A stretch of DNA of 64,000 nucleotides from Lepidodermella squamata (GCA_047495785.1 JBLDXI010000023.1:62001-126000); one strand, 5' to 3'; positions 39,908 through 52,267 are shown, counted from the first letter of the stretch. Notes: generated by a model not told the origin, from the letters alone. Translations and numbers: made by a program.

Positions 39908-40356
39908 TACCATACAAATATAACTCATTACTTGGCGGATTCATTATTTTTCAGCGTCTTCCTAACGTGCTCTCGGACGCGAGGCGGAGTCAGTCACATA
40001 CCTATTTTTAAATGCAAAATGCACATCATGTCATCAACATCATTACCTACATCAGTGAATATTTATTTTTCGTTGACTCGTACTCCGATGGGCGATGTGT
40101 TTACAGCTTGATTGCGTGAAATTCTCAATTTGCTTATCTCTAGTTCGGAGGAGTGTTCCACATTATTTGTTTCAAGTTGCGACATTGACCCTCAAAAATA
40201 AATAACGGGGGCTCAAGTAAACTCAGAAGGTTGTCCGAGAAGCAGAAAGCAGTTGACGAAGGGTGAATATCTCAGGCGAAGAGCTCTGGTCTCTGCTGTA
40301 GGTTCGAGGGGCAGGGAAGGAGCCATCAGCAGTTTAAAGAGGGGTTATAGCTGTAA

Positions 40357-42708
40357 TCAACCTGTAATCCTCTGTGTGCTTCGATCCGTGCGCAGGTCAC
40401 GGGGCCGAATACGTTTAAGAAACGGGTAGAGCAATGTAGCCGATACCATGAAAGAGAATACTAAAGTCGTGAAGCTGACAGCTGTTCGCTGATTGACAGG
40501 ATTCTGATTTAATAGCACAGCAATCAAAGCACCAGCCGGTATCACAGTGACACCGGTGATGGCGGCTATGCAAGACGCCGTAAACTCACGGCAATGCTCT
40601 GATACACCACGGATTTGTTTCAACTGAAACGCAGTCATCAAAGTGTAGATTAGCAGCAGCATCTGAACCATCCCGAACGATCCTAGCAGGGCTAAACTAA
40701 CGTCCGGCATTTCACATATCACGAACCAAGTTTCTTCCACAGCATCAGAATTTTCATCGTAAATGGGCCGCTGATTTGACTGTTCAACACATGTTGAGTT
40801 ATAGCGAGTAATCAACCACGCGATTATCAAGCCTAAGCTAGGGCAAGCTACAACAGGCCCGTAGATCACGGTATTGTGGTCAAACGTTTTGAAAGTCTCC
40901 GACGTGAATCGAACTATCAGCTTTTGTGATGGAGCCGTAAGGGAGCCGTACATGCTTATCGGGAAAGATGGGTATGCAACGTTCAGTCGCGACTTCCGCA
41001 GCCCTTCTCGGATACTCGATCGAACAAATGCATTCACCACAGACATTCTAGCCGTGATCATGCCGCAAACTACGCTCAAGCCTAGCCCTAGAAGGAAAAA
41101 CGAGGCGTTTTCAATTGCTGCGCTTCCGGCACTTAGCTTTGTCACGGAACTTGCTGCAGCTGCGTTTAAAGTAAGCAATCCAAGTAGGCCGAATACCTTC
41201 GTCCGTCCGAAATTCCACTGAGCCCATTTCTTGAAAGAAATCGCTGCTATACCTGCTAGTTGAAAACAGGATGAGAAGATCGATAAGGCTATAACAATCG
41301 AAAAGACTGCAGTCGAAATTCGGAGAAATACTACCCGAAAAATTGGTTGATCTAGCGGAAGTGTCATTGAATTCGTGCCATTTATTGTTTCCAGTGAGTA
41401 ACTTCTCAGATCGAATTCTTCAAGAGCTTTGTTCAGACTCTGCTTGACAAGGTACAGTATCTGCACCCCAGATGACTGGCTCCACTGAGTCACAACCTGA
41501 ATATCACCTAGGAATTGGCCAGTTTTGCTGTAAGAAGTTCTACCAACTCTGATCCCATTCGGTTCCCTAGCTAGAATAACTTCTTTTGCAATTGAAACCA
41601 CAATTTCAGGGCGGCTAGGATAGTCTCTGAGTGAGAGATTAAATTCAGCTTTCAGCTTGCGATCAGTCTCATTGAGGGCTAACGCAACGCTAGTAAGAAC
41701 ATCGTGTACGTGAAAGGACGTCAAGTATTCATCTACGGTAAAATTTGTTGCTCGACTAATGAAAGCCTCAAACTGATCAGCTGTATCGCCAAGGTCTGAG
41801 ATTCTGTCGCGTATTGTTGGCCTTTGTGCATTGCCGAAGTAGAAAGTTTGCCTAGCTTGTTCTTTCAGCACAGTTGCACTGCAACCGGGAAATGGAGATA
41901 GAGAGAAAGCGTTTGTAATTGCAAGGAAAACAAATTTAGGTCCGGTTATTCCAGCTTTGTAAGCCTCACAAAGAAATCGTGGGACGATTGTCGAGCTGAA
42001 GCTCGTGATAACTACAATCCTCAAGCCTGTTTGCTTCAGACTCGCAATCACCTCGAAATCAGACGTTGCTTCATCGATCAGGTTGAATATTGGAACTTCA
42101 ACCCCGGCTGCTACTGCTCGGTCGTTGAAAAACAGCCCGGTCTTAATATCATTGCTGTAGATGGCTGTTGTGAGCGAGGCGACCTTTTTCCATCTGCCGA
42201 CCTGCTGTATGAACGTTAACATTGCCATGGCAGTTGTTCTTGATGTTGCCAGGGTAAGCAACATATTCGGGTACAAATTTCTATCGGTCAAAACTTGAGC
42301 GACGCAGAAGCTCGACAGAGAAACTGTTTGAATGTGGCCAAGAAACGTCCCGACAGCCCTGCAGCCCGATGAAGTTGCCGGTCCCATGATGATTGGAGAT
42401 TGCAGTCCGATCGAAGGGTCTTCTCTGCGGAAGCCAATCAAGCGCGAAGCTGCTTGCCATCCCACGATCTCATCCATCAGGTGGAATTCGAGGAAATAGT
42501 CGTTCAACACATCGCTTCTCGCGTTGATTTTATCGGCGACATAATGCATGGTTTCCACCCCGGCTTGAGCTTGTTTTGGGTCGATCAGGTATATCGGGGA
42601 CAGAATTGCCACCCGCAGCTTTTGTGATCTGTAGCCAGCCGTCATGCTTGGCCAAATCGCAGAAATATGCAGCAGAAGCGTGACAACGATGAAGCTGTTT
42701 CGAACCAT
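40357..42708 (-). CDS. GABA-B-like class C GPCR, subfamily C, copy C3 (intronless, 783 aa)
   Basis: Single ORF with signal peptide, VFT (INARSDVLNDY, PIIMGP, GRWKKVA, FLCEAYKAGITGPKFVFL), PLDQP stalk and seven TM helices. Confidence 0.92.
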   Translation of the reverse strand: MVRNSFIVVTLLLHISAIWPSMTAGYRSQKLRVAILSPIYLIDPKQAQAGVETMHYVADKINARSDVLNDYFLEFHLMDEIVGWQAASRLIGFRREDPSIGLQSPIIMGPATSSGCRAVGTFLGHIQTVSLSSFCVAQVLTDRNLYPNMLLTLATSRTTAMAMLTFIQQVGRWKKVASLTTAIYSNDIKTGLFFNDRAVAAGVEVPIFNLIDEATSDFEVIASLKQTGLRIVVITSFSSTIVPRFLCEAYKAGITGPKFVFLAITNAFSLSPFPGCSATVLKEQARQTFYFGNAQRPTIRDRISDLGDTADQFEAFISRATNFTVDEYLTSFHVHDVLTSVALALNETDRKLKAEFNLSLRDYPSRPEIVVSIAKEVILAREPNGIRVGRTSYSKTGQFLGDIQVVTQWSQSSGVQILYLVKQSLNKALEEFDLRSYSLETINGTNSMTLPLDQPIFRVVFLRISTAVFSIVIALSIFSSCFQLAGIAAISFKKWAQWNFGRTKVFGLLGLLTLNAAAASSVTKLSAGSAAIENASFFLLGLGLSVVCGMITARMSVVNAFVRSSIREGLRKSRLNVAYPSFPISMYGSLTAPSQKLIVRFTSETFKTFDHNTVIYGPVVACPSLGLIIAWLITRYNSTCVEQSNQRPIYDENSDAVEETWFVICEMPDVSLALLGSFGMVQMLLLIYTLMTAFQLKQIRGVSEHCREFTASCIAAITGVTVIPAGALIAVLLNQNPVNQRTAVSFTTLVFSFMVSATLLYPFLKRIRPRDLRTDRSTQRITG

Positions 42709-43023
42709 GTTTTGACAATGATAATAAACAGTTGGGAAACGCTGAAATCTGCTGATTCCACGGATTTCCGCATAACGCCAGCAATGCTAGGATTTATATT
42801 TCAAAATCGATGCATGCAAAATGAACCGACAACACCCTCACTATCGCATTTCGCCCAACTGCTCGTGCAAGAGCATAATAGCAACAGATTCGGTAAATGG
42901 CGGAGTAATTGAGGCATTGATCGAGCTACTCGTGAGCAACATCGTCAGGCAGTGCGAGAATGCACAGTGCACAAATGGCTGACCACGCGAAATAAGCTGA
43001 AATGTCCTGGAACTGATTCGATC

Positions 43024-43080
43024 GCACTTTTTCCGGCCCGCCGGTGTTTCCTCCGCGCACACGCTCCTAGTTGTTGGTGC
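43024..43080. mobile_element. Solo TIR of the same MULE-MITE family as 22824-23673
   Basis: GCACTTTTTCCGGCCCGCCGGTGTTTCCTCCGCGCACACGCTCCTA is a near copy of the 22824 TIR. No partner end seen. Confidence 0.75.
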
Positions 43081-43121
43081 TTGTTGCGTAACATAATGTT
43101 ATAAAATATTTTTTTTATATT

Positions 43122-43725
43122 CCTCTTCGCGACTGAACTTCGTTTCCATTTTGAAGAGAACGGAGGTATGCGAAGAATGATCCTAACTGACCCCCACAGT
43201 CGAGGATGAAATACAGTAGGCAACAACCATGTGCCACTCAGCTTTTTCGAAAGAAACCGATCCCGCTAGTTGAACATCGGGGTTAATTTTTACTTCTAAA
43301 CCTTTTTTTCGCCGGGATTTTTCCCATTTTCTCGTTTCTCAGTTGTTTTGTATTTTCTATCTTTGGCCTTACTTTTTTATTTATGTTGCGCAATAGTTGA
43401 AGATAAATTATATGGGCCATAACTTTCATTTTATTTTACGCCAACCCCTGGAAATAAACATACTGGCACAACATTTCTTTTCACCCTTTTATCTTTTATC
43501 CCCAATTTTAATCGAATTCTTTTAACCCGATTTTCAGCTTTCAGCTAGCTGAAATGGTGTCTTTTGAAAAAGATGAATGGCGCATGATTGTTAACTCGAT
43601 TGAAAACTATGAATTTTTCGGAAAAAGCAAGATTTTCAACTGTGGGGTTGGGTAAGAATTTCTCTTTGCCTGCCTTCGCCCTCTTCAAAACCGGAAACGG
43701 TAAATGACGCTCAGTCTAGAAGAGG
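43122..43725. mobile_element. Old MITE with long degenerate TIRs
   Basis: 43122-43275 aligns, with mismatches and indels, to the reverse complement of 43540-43725 (CCTCTTC..GACTGA...TTTTGAAGAG...CCCCACAGT). Confidence 0.6.
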
Positions 43726-43835
43726 TTTAAATAAAACTAGTATTATTATTATCTTTTTTGAAGCGTACGGTTTGATGGTATAGCGAAATCATTAGATTTA
43801 GATTGTAACTTCTTAAATACGCCAGAACGTCACCT

Positions 43836-43873
43836 CCGACATGTTTCGGCTTTATTAGGCCATCTTCAGGGTC
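43836..43873 (-). ncRNA. Minimal type-I hammerhead ribozyme motif of the Penelope element
   Basis: Minus strand GACC-CUGAAGA-UGGC(CUAAUAAA)GCC-GAAA-CAUGUC^GG: intact core boxes, stem II, palindromic ACAUGU stem III and a GUC cleavage triplet. Confidence 0.8.
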
Positions 43874-44072
43874 TAACAACAAATTTGTATTCTCAACATA
43901 CTGTTCCAATGCAAGCGTTAAGGCAAGTATTACCTGCTTTCGTCACTAATCATGAACAACAGGAGTAAAAATGCTATCAGTCGTAAGTGTCTAGAACTAA
44001 CATGATCTATATCAACAAAAATAGTAAAATATAGACTTTGAAACGCGAAAAATATACAGGTTAAGATACGAT

Positions 44073-45011
44073 TCAGTTAGTGCAATAGTTATTAAGGCTA
44101 GGGTTATGAGCTTGTATGAAGAGTTTCTCAGTTCTAAGTAGTCTGAACGGTACTTTACATGAGTGAAGAATCGGAGTGTCAAAAGGTACATCATTCTTGG
44201 CGCAAGTCTTGAAGTGTTCACCGATGGTGCCAACCTTCTGTGCATTTGACGCATAACAGTGTTGGGTCGTGCGGTACGCAACTGGTTGGCTAGTACAGCC
44301 GATGTAGATTTGACCACATGTTGTACACTTCTGTCCATAGATGACGTGTTGTTTAGGGCATAGCGAGCAGGCTTTTTTGGACAGGCCACATAGACAACCC
44401 CAACATTTGTAGCTGGTATGTTTGTAATCAGCGAACCGCGTCGTGACTATTAATTTCAAGGGTGTTGATTTCCAACATATCTGGATGTCGCGTTGGAAGA
44501 ACGCCGTGAGCTTTTTTACCGAATCTTTCAGCCTATTGGCCACATTATCTCCCATGAATGGCAATGACAGCCTGGCAATGTTCAGTTTTTTTAGTTTGGG
44601 CGGTTTTGATGAAAGAACCAGTGAGATAGTTCTTTCAATGAGGTCAACCTCATAGCCACTGTCCTTGGCTATCGTGCGGAATTCAGTGATCATGTTCAAC
44701 AGAAGCGATGAGTGCGTGTACTTAACCATACGGTTAGCTAATCCAAACAACGCATTGCGTTTTACAACACTGGGGTGGAACGAATTGGCCAACAGAATGT
44801 GTTTTGGGGCCATAGGTTTTCGGTAAAATTTGTACAAAAGACAACCGTTTTCAATATACACAGTAGTATCAAGAAAGTTAATCGTTTTAGGTCCGATTTC
44901 AAGTGTGAACTTCACGTCACTATTTACAATGTCGTTTCTGAATTTTTCGAGCGATCTTTGGTTACCTCTCCATAGGCAGAAAACGTCGTCAACGAATCTT
45001 TTCCAGCACAA
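44073..45011 (-). CDS. Penelope reverse transcriptase (C-terminal part) and GIY-YIG endonuclease, truncated
   Basis: WKRFVDDVF catalytic motif, VKFTLE, INFLD, FYRKP, NSFHP..K, then VIYGQKCTTCGQIYIGCT...R...H and E...I....PSLN. Confidence 0.92.
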   Translation of the reverse strand: MCWKRFVDDVFCLWRGNQRSLEKFRNDIVNSDVKFTLEIGPKTINFLDTTVYIENGCLLYKFYRKPMAPKHILLANSFHPSVVKRNALFGLANRMVKYTHSSLLLNMITEFRTIAKDSGYEVDLIERTISLVLSSKPPKLKKLNIARLSLPFMGDNVANRLKDSVKKLTAFFQRDIQICWKSTPLKLIVTTRFADYKHTSYKCWGCLCGLSKKACSLCPKQHVIYGQKCTTCGQIYIGCTSQPVAYRTTQHCYASNAQKVGTIGEHFKTCAKNDVPFDTPILHSCKVPFRLLRTEKLFIQAHNPSLNNYCTN

Positions 45012-46365
45012 AATTCATGTTTTTGATGAGCTAAAAACAGCCGAACGTATTCACTCTGAATTAGTTTCCTTGTTCAGACACAATATTGACGATACGCTGT
45101 ATGAATTCTTGCTTCCTCGCTCTATCATGTTTGCTGTACTTCTCCAAACCCTCAAGGACCACAAGCCTGAGAAAAATTATCCAGTTAGACCGATCATTAG
45201 TGCCAAAAACACACCTTGTGAACCAAATTCAGAGTGAATACGTTCGGCTGTTTTTAGCTCATCAAAAACATGAATTTTGTGCTGGAAAAGATTCTGGAAA
45301 AGATTCGTAATCAAAGAATTCGTTTCATAAGATCAGCGATTAGATCCAAGATAAAGCTCAAGCTGGTTTGATGAAAATTCAGGTTTATGAGTTCATGAGT
45401 CTTGAGTTTATATGAATCCTTGAACTTCGGCAAAAAAGAAACCATGACCGGTCCAATGACTATCGAATGGCCACTGGACGAGCTGGGATTCCCTGAAAAA
45501 TTCATGGTTGCGAACAGCTACATGAGCAATTGAACCGAATTTATCCCTCCAGAATCAGGCGACTAAAGATGTGGCATTTTCACTAGCTGCTTATTTTATA
45601 CCAAGCGAAGTGAAAAAAAGTGAATTAATATTTTCGAGATCGCACAATTAGGCACGTGCCCATGTGAAATCGTGAAAAAAGCGCTAGTAGCGTGAAAATT
45701 GTGAATGGAAAATGTCGAAATTCAGATTTTCGACGACTAAAAATTCAAATTTCGGAACCGCGCCCCGGATTTTAGTCACAAAATCCAGCTAAAAATTACG
45801 AATTTTCCATATTTTTTTCACCGAAAATCGAGATGGATGTTTTGGAGAAAAAATTTGTCGAAGTTATCGCTATACATGTTAGTATAGGGGCCAAAGGTCG
45901 CGTGATTTTATTTTCACATAACAGGGCTAGATTGTGAGTGTCATATCTTCAGTATTTTTTTATCTATGCAAAACACATTTTTGGCGGGCTCATGAAAATG
46001 ACCTTGAAAATTGTCGATTGGTTTCACGAAAAGTTTTATTAGTGTTAATATTCATGAGGCATACTGATTAGTATCGGATCACTGAATTCTTGGTTGAACG
46101 TTGGAATTATATCAAAATTATGGTTTTTCTCAAATACACTACCGAATTACAGGATACAGGAGAAATACAGGAGAACCGAATTGGGCCTCTCTCTGGAGAC
46201 AATCTATTCAATACTGCAGGTGATATAAACATTACTTCTTTCGTGGCCATTCAAACCTTGATTTTATTCAAATGGTGTTTCTTATATATTATCGCAGCCA
46301 AGTGACATTATTTCTATTATTACTTCTCTCAAAAACCGTTGAGCCTAATGTTACGTTCACATACT

Positions 46366-46630
46366 GCTTCGGAGACGCGTCCGAAGTTTTAGCCTCCGAA
46401 GTTTCGTAATCGCTCTCCGAAGTTTGAGATTTTCTATCACAAACGCGCGCACTTTGGACTACGCGCCCGAAGTGAGAACAATGGGCGGCGCGCACGCACT
46501 GGACAAAGGACGCGCGCAAACTTCGGTTCGGAGAGGCCCACAACTGCTCATCTCCGAAGCGCCTCCGAACCGAAGTTTGTGCGTGTCCGAAGTTACTACG
46601 TACGCACGCGCGCGCGGCCACTTGACTGCG
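46366..46630. repeat. GC-rich cluster of CCGAAG(TT) motifs in both orientations with a local hairpin; probable transposon subterminal region
   Basis: About 8 copies of CCGAAG(TT)/CTTCGG. GCAAACTTCGGTTCGGAGAGGC pairs imperfectly with GCCTCCGAACCGAAGTTTGT. Confidence 0.55.
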
Positions 46631-46865
46631 CGAGGTAGGGCGACGACATAAATTAATTGTTCCTGTGGCATCTTCAATTGGTATTATTGACTATAAATGA
46701 CGAAAATGACGAAAATGACGTAAATTTCAATATAAATTAAATTTTTCTATCTCGGTTTTTTCATTATATGCCAGCCCGAGGGCGCCAAGCATTTACAAAA
46801 TTCTAGTGATTTTCAACTTTCACAGCTTGTGAAGTTGCAGGAGCCGTTGCAGCCGGGTCTCTAGC

Positions 46866-48827
46866 TTGGTTGTCTTCCACTACTTCAGCCACCACCAGCG
46901 AAACAGCTACCGCCTCAATACTGTACGGTGTGAATTCTTGGTTGAACGTTGGAATTATATCAAAATTACCTCAACAATTACAGTACCTCAACAATTGCAG
47001 ACCAATCCGCTGCAGCTGAACGAGGCCAGTAACCATCTTGTCAAGGAACTAGTCTCCAAGGCTGTTAACGATTTAATAAAAAATCTCAACTCTAAAAGCC
47101 TATCGTCACTCACGAGTAACGATTTGGCAAAAGTCATGGACGATCTTCGCGACGAAGCCGCTGCTAGTCCAGACCTTGGACTTGACGATAAGCTCATTAC
47201 TGAACAGTTGTCGTTACTCTCAAAACTCTCACCGAACGCTTAACCGAAGCTGCGAAGGAGAAAGATAAGAAAACGAAAGCATCCAAAGGAACGAATCCCC
47301 CAGCCTCAGCGTCAACGGCAAACAAACGCGGCCGTCCCAACACGAGTGCCGAAGACAGTGCTGAAATGAAACCGCCAGCAAAACAATCAACATCTTCCCA
47401 AAGTCAACCTCCCAGTCAAATGCTGGCATCGGCAAATGACTCCTTTGTGTACACAGATCAGTAAAAAGTCAACTTGTTCTACTAAGCCCTAAACTTTCTA
47501 CTTTCTACTTTTTTCTACTCTTCTACCGTACTTAATTATATATTATGAATATGATCACAGCAAAAATACTTTTGTGTAATGTTAACAGTATAATGAAGCG
47601 CAAGAATGAGATTTCGTCGGTTATGAACCGCAGACAGGTAGATGTTGCGTGCTTCAACGAACTGAAAATTAAGAAGGGTGACACTTATTTCATCCCAAAT
47701 TACAGAACTCTGGCTCTTGAGCGCACCAGCCACGGAGGAGGCGTCGGAGTAAACCCAGCAACGCATCTAACCGTCGAAAATTTCGGAAAAAATACTATAG
47801 ATCGCGTAGAGATAGCTTTTGTCGATATCAGGCTCGGCGACCGTATAATTCGAATCGCGACTGCCTACTGCCCCGACCAGACTGTTCCTATGACACAACA
47901 AGCTCTGGACTACATAATAAAGGACGGAGCCACTCTTCTATGTGGAGACCTCAATGCGAAGCATGAACGTTTCGGCTGTAAGAGTCGAAACTCTAATGGG
48001 ACCAAACTGTTACCGCTGCTGCTAAACAATAATCTCGTTATGTTAAGTAAAGGTCAAGTTACTCATCGCTCACCGATAGGAGAAGATGATCAGCTGGACG
48101 TATTCACATGTTCCAGGGAATTGAAAGACTATTTCTCGACGCCCTACGTCTTGCCGTCTGTTGGTACTGAACACTTACCAGTGGTTATAGAGTACTCAGC
48201 CTTATCTTTAACGGGAAAAGGACAGAATTTCTACACAGAATATCGATATAACTATCGCAACGTAAACTGGACGATATTCAAGAGCGATATGGACGAAATG
48301 TGTGAACGCATTTTGGCAAACAGACCGATAAAATTTGAAGATCAGCCCTCCATGGATCTGTTTTACAAAGGTATCGAAGACATTTTTTGTACAACAAGGG
48401 ACAAGCACATAGCTAGAATACCCGCGGGGAAACTAAAAATTTGTCGAACGACCAAACCGATACTTATTGCCACGAAAAATCGAAATAGGCTTCAGCGACT
48501 AGCTAAGAAGTATAATTCTCCGTCTCTGAAGAGGGCGTATTACAAATCCCGCGACCAAGTGACCGAAATGTGGACAAAAGAGACAAACCGGTGGGTATAC
48601 AAAAAACAAATAAGCGCGCATGGTCACTTCGGAACGCAGAAGACCGGCTATACCACGCAGACGCAAAAGCCGCCGCCAGCTTACCTTGCTTCGAACCTGG
48701 AGTCATAAATGAAGAAGCTAGAAGTGTTTTAAATACGGATATGATAAGAAACCACATTCGAGACCTTAAAATGAAAGCCCCAGGCCACGACAATGTTCAT
48801 AACACTTTGCTTAAACAAGCCTTATGA
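46866..48827 (+). mobile_element. Truncated LINE (ORF1 remnant, ORF2 APE endonuclease and the very start of the RT region)
   Basis: ORF 47545-48708 has the exo/endo/phosphatase motifs CNVNS, FNELK, GGGV, AYCP, LLCGDLNAKH, NSNG, QLDV and TEHLPV. A frameshifted continuation contains KAPGHD; the RT core is absent. Confidence 0.88.
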
Positions 48828-49329
48828 TCAGCGTGCGCGCGCACGCAATAGCGAGAAAAGGAAGAGTCAATTCATTTGCGTCATAGCGCACTTTCCTTCT
48901 TTATTTTTCTCGAGCTCCATCATGACGATAACTTCCATACAGTTTGAAAGCATAAATTAGATTGATTGAAAGCAACAAAAATTTTCGCTGGAATCAGCAG
49001 CAGCAGTTAAGAGTCAATAAAATATTGCCATGTTTTCAGAATTATCGTCTGGATTTTAAGAAATATTGAAATATTGTAATGTAACTAACGGCTTTAACAA
49101 TCTTCGATAAGATCTGAGATACATCAAGTAAGTATAAAGTATAAAATCAAGTATTTCAGACAATTAAAAATTTTGAGTTATTGACGTTTAAGCGAAACAA
49201 TGGGTTCAAAATGGCCACTAAGGCCGGAGCCGGAGAATTTTAGGAAAATGGCGCCATTAGAATGATCAAAAGCAATTGTATTATTTGCACTTGAAGTGTC
49301 ATAATTTAGGGCAATCACATTCTCGTAAG

Positions 49330-50387
49330 CAGTGTTCCGACTGCGGGGGGTACGGGGGTGGCGCGTACCCCCTTGGAGATTACCCAAAAAGTGGAAGGGG
49401 TGCCACGTACCCCCTAGCAGATTTGAAAAAGGAAATTTTTATGAAAAAATCTGGCTTCACCATGGGTCAAAATTTGAAAATGTTCATTCTAAATGACACT
49501 ATTATCAGCTTTCCAAGCGTTTTACGTATAATAATTGGTGTGACTTTCGATGACTAAGCGTACAGCGAGAATCCCAAACAACTTGGAATATCCCAATAAA
49601 TTTCTGATAATGAGCTTAAAAAATTAAAAATCAAAATTTGAACGCTGCGGAATTTTTAAAAACAAATTAGATATTCTGAATCAGCATGAAAAGTTGGGCT
49701 AGAGTGCAAATTTGCGCGCGATTACATTGAAAATTGAGGGAGAAATAGTGGAAAGTAAATTTTCATTTTAGTGAGCGCGCGCACTACGAAATCAGCTTCC
49801 TCGCAAACGCGGGCGAGGTTGTACACGCATTAACCGGAGAAAAGCGATCGCAGTTGACGTGCGCGTGCTAGTCACGCACATACAAGCGCGCTTCTTCAAC
49901 GTCTCATTTCTCCCTCAATTTTCAATGTAATCGCGCGCATATTTGCAGTCTAGCCTAACTTTTCATGCTGATTCAGAATATCTAATTTGTTTTTAAAAAT
50001 TCCGCAGCGTTCAAATTTTGATTTTTAATTTTTTACGCGCCACATTTTTTAGACGATATCTAATGCAAAATTTGACGTAATTTCAACAGTTTGTTAATAA
50101 GTTATATCAATTTAAATGCAATTTTGGGCAAAATTGCTTCGAAAATCTAAAATTTTTCTTGCTCGCTTCGCTTGCACACGAGAAGGATAGCCTGTTTAAT
50201 TTCACGCTTCAGTTCAACTAAACACCTGTAAAATTGTTGCACGTTGCCAATTTCTAATGAAAAATGGAAATATATAAATAGTAATTATAGGTGTTAGCTG
50301 GCAATGCGAGCGAACGAAGTTCGCGAGCGAAATTTTTTTATCACCTTTTGGCGTACCCCCTAGCACTCAAACCTAGTCGGATCACTG
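49330..50387. mobile_element. Non-autonomous hAT element with 13-bp TIRs and 8-bp TSD
   Basis: CAGTGTTCCGACT ... AGTCGGATCACTG (12/13 match), TSD CTCGTAAG at 49322-49329 and 50388-50395, subterminal GTACCCCCT repeats. Removal restores ...RYTYE|NVIAL... Confidence 0.92.
49617..50035. repeat. Foldback with ~130-bp inverted arms inside the hAT element
   Basis: 49617-49747 is the near-perfect reverse complement of 49906-50035, around a GC-rich spacer of about 160 bp. Confidence 0.9.
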
Positions 50388-52267
50388 CTCGTAAGTATAA
50401 CGGTGCCAGCCGCTTCGAGTGGCGCCAGCGATGCTGGAGTGCTCGGCGCCGTAGATGAATATTGGTATTTGAAACAGGGCCGCGGCGGCGTGTACTTCAG
50501 GGCCATCGGTTGGCTGCCCGAGCCTGGTTTTCAGGTTTTTCAGCGAGTGTCGCGGCGAAAGCTGGCAAACCTTCCAGGCATTGACGTTGAACAAGTGCCG
50601 GCAGATGAGCACGACCACGGCGGTGTTTCACCCGACGTTTGCCACTTGCACCACCGTATCCTTCGACAGCTTGTTCTGGGTTAATTTCAGCAAGATTGGA
50701 CTTCGGTGTCTTCGGCTCAACTGGACCTTTGCCGATTGTGTCAAGCGCCTTCAATACCAGGCCGTAGTCAACGTCCAAGGCAGCTCTGGCGTACATAGCA
50801 ATCGTGTCAGCTTTGCGTCGAGAGATTTTGTTTTTAGACATGTCCTGACGTATTTCAACGACAGCATTCGAAACGGTGCCTTTTGGACAACCGGCCAGCC
50901 GAACGTAGGGTGACCACCAGCACGGAAAAATGGCCAACAGGTTGTCTCTGAACATAGTCGCGATTTTAGGGCAGAAGTAAGGGTTCGCTTCAAAATCGCC
51001 ACGGTCGATTTGACGATTTGCTGCCGAAAGTTCCTCGCTGAAAACTCGTTCGAATTGAGAGAAAATAGGCTGACAGGCTTGCTTGTAGGTCGGTTGCTTT
51101 TGAACCAAGTCGTTTTTGATGTCAAAAAACATTAAATTCGAGCCAACTTCTCCTGAGACCGGATTGTCAGTAGACTGGCCATCCTGCTGATTGATCTCCG
51201 CCTGAACATCGATAGCGGCTTTCATGGCTGACTCCACCTCGTCTCGAAGTACGACGCCCTGATTCCAAACCGCCATGAGTTCAGCATCGGCAGCGGAAAC
51301 TTCAGGAGTCAGAAATTTGTTCACTGTTAACCGAGTCGAAGAAACTTCAGGAAATTCAAGAAATTTTCCGAACTTTGAATTACTCCAAAGCATTTCAGCA
51401 AGGCAAATTTCGAATCCGAACCATGTTCGCGATCAGTTCGGAACCAATTCGAAATCGCTTTAACAACATGGCCGATGCAGAGCAGTATGAAGGTAAAGAT
51501 GCAACCCTCGGGTATGACGACTTCGCCGGGTCGATCAGCTTCATCAATCGGCCGGGTAAACGTAACAACGCGAAATATATGCCTGAAAGCAGCATTGATT
51601 GAAGGTCTGACTGACCGCTTGAAGTAAGTCGAAGGAAATATCGCAAACCACGCCTCGCGGGCCCTTACAACTGGAATGGGCAGCATGGACGCGTTGTTTC
51701 CAAAGCCCGAGGGCATTTTGAATGGCGTTGGCGTGTTGATTAGCCAAAAACCAGGTCAGAAGAACGACGTTCGCCAAAAAACCAGCAAGACCAGCGCGGC
51801 TCGGGCACATGACGTATTGAAGAACGGCGCTGCCATCTTGCTCATCATTAGCAATCGTTTCACCCGTCGCATCAATATGAACCAGTAGGTCCTCGAAAAG
51901 CGAAACCAATTTAAAGAACAGAGAAATTTGATCATTCAGGAGTAAAATGCAGAATGTCGGAATTCCTATTTCTCGTATGTACACCTTCTCAGGAGGGCCA
52001 TTCTTCTGCTCCTCTCGTAAACAAGCCAAGTCGATGTAGCCATTGGCGTGAAATCTGACCAAAAGCTGCTTGTCCGATTTCGCTTTTCGGATAACTTCCG
52101 CCGATGGAGCCTGAGATAAATTGTTGTTGTCGCGAGCCTCTTGAGGAACTTTGCCATAAAGCTTGGCGTGAAGAACAACGGCCGATTCAGATGAAGATGC
52201 TAATTCCTCGCGGCGTTCGATTTGCCAGTGCTAGTCACATGTCTTACCCAGACCGGCACGGGCAGTG

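Larger units (their letters stand above)
43727..45306 (-). mobile_element. Penelope-like retroelement, 5'-truncated with an inverted 5' segment
   Basis: RT C-terminal half plus GIY-YIG ORF on the minus strand, followed by an AT-rich pseudo-LTR-like tail containing a hammerhead motif. An upstream RT piece (KDHKP...PVRPIIS) lies on the plus strand at 45063-45237, bracketed by ~70-bp inverted repeats. Confidence 0.9.
49178..52200 (-). pseudogene. Frameshifted Mutator/NOF-Foldback-type DDE transposase with a C-terminal OTU-like segment
   Basis: Successive frames give VHIDATG (D1), PRGVVCDISFDLLQAV...FN...Y...CY (D2), LCIGH (CxxH) and SNAVVE (E). They are followed by GPEVHAAAALFQIPIFIY...GHFEPIV, which is split by the hAT MITE. 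Confidence 0.72.
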
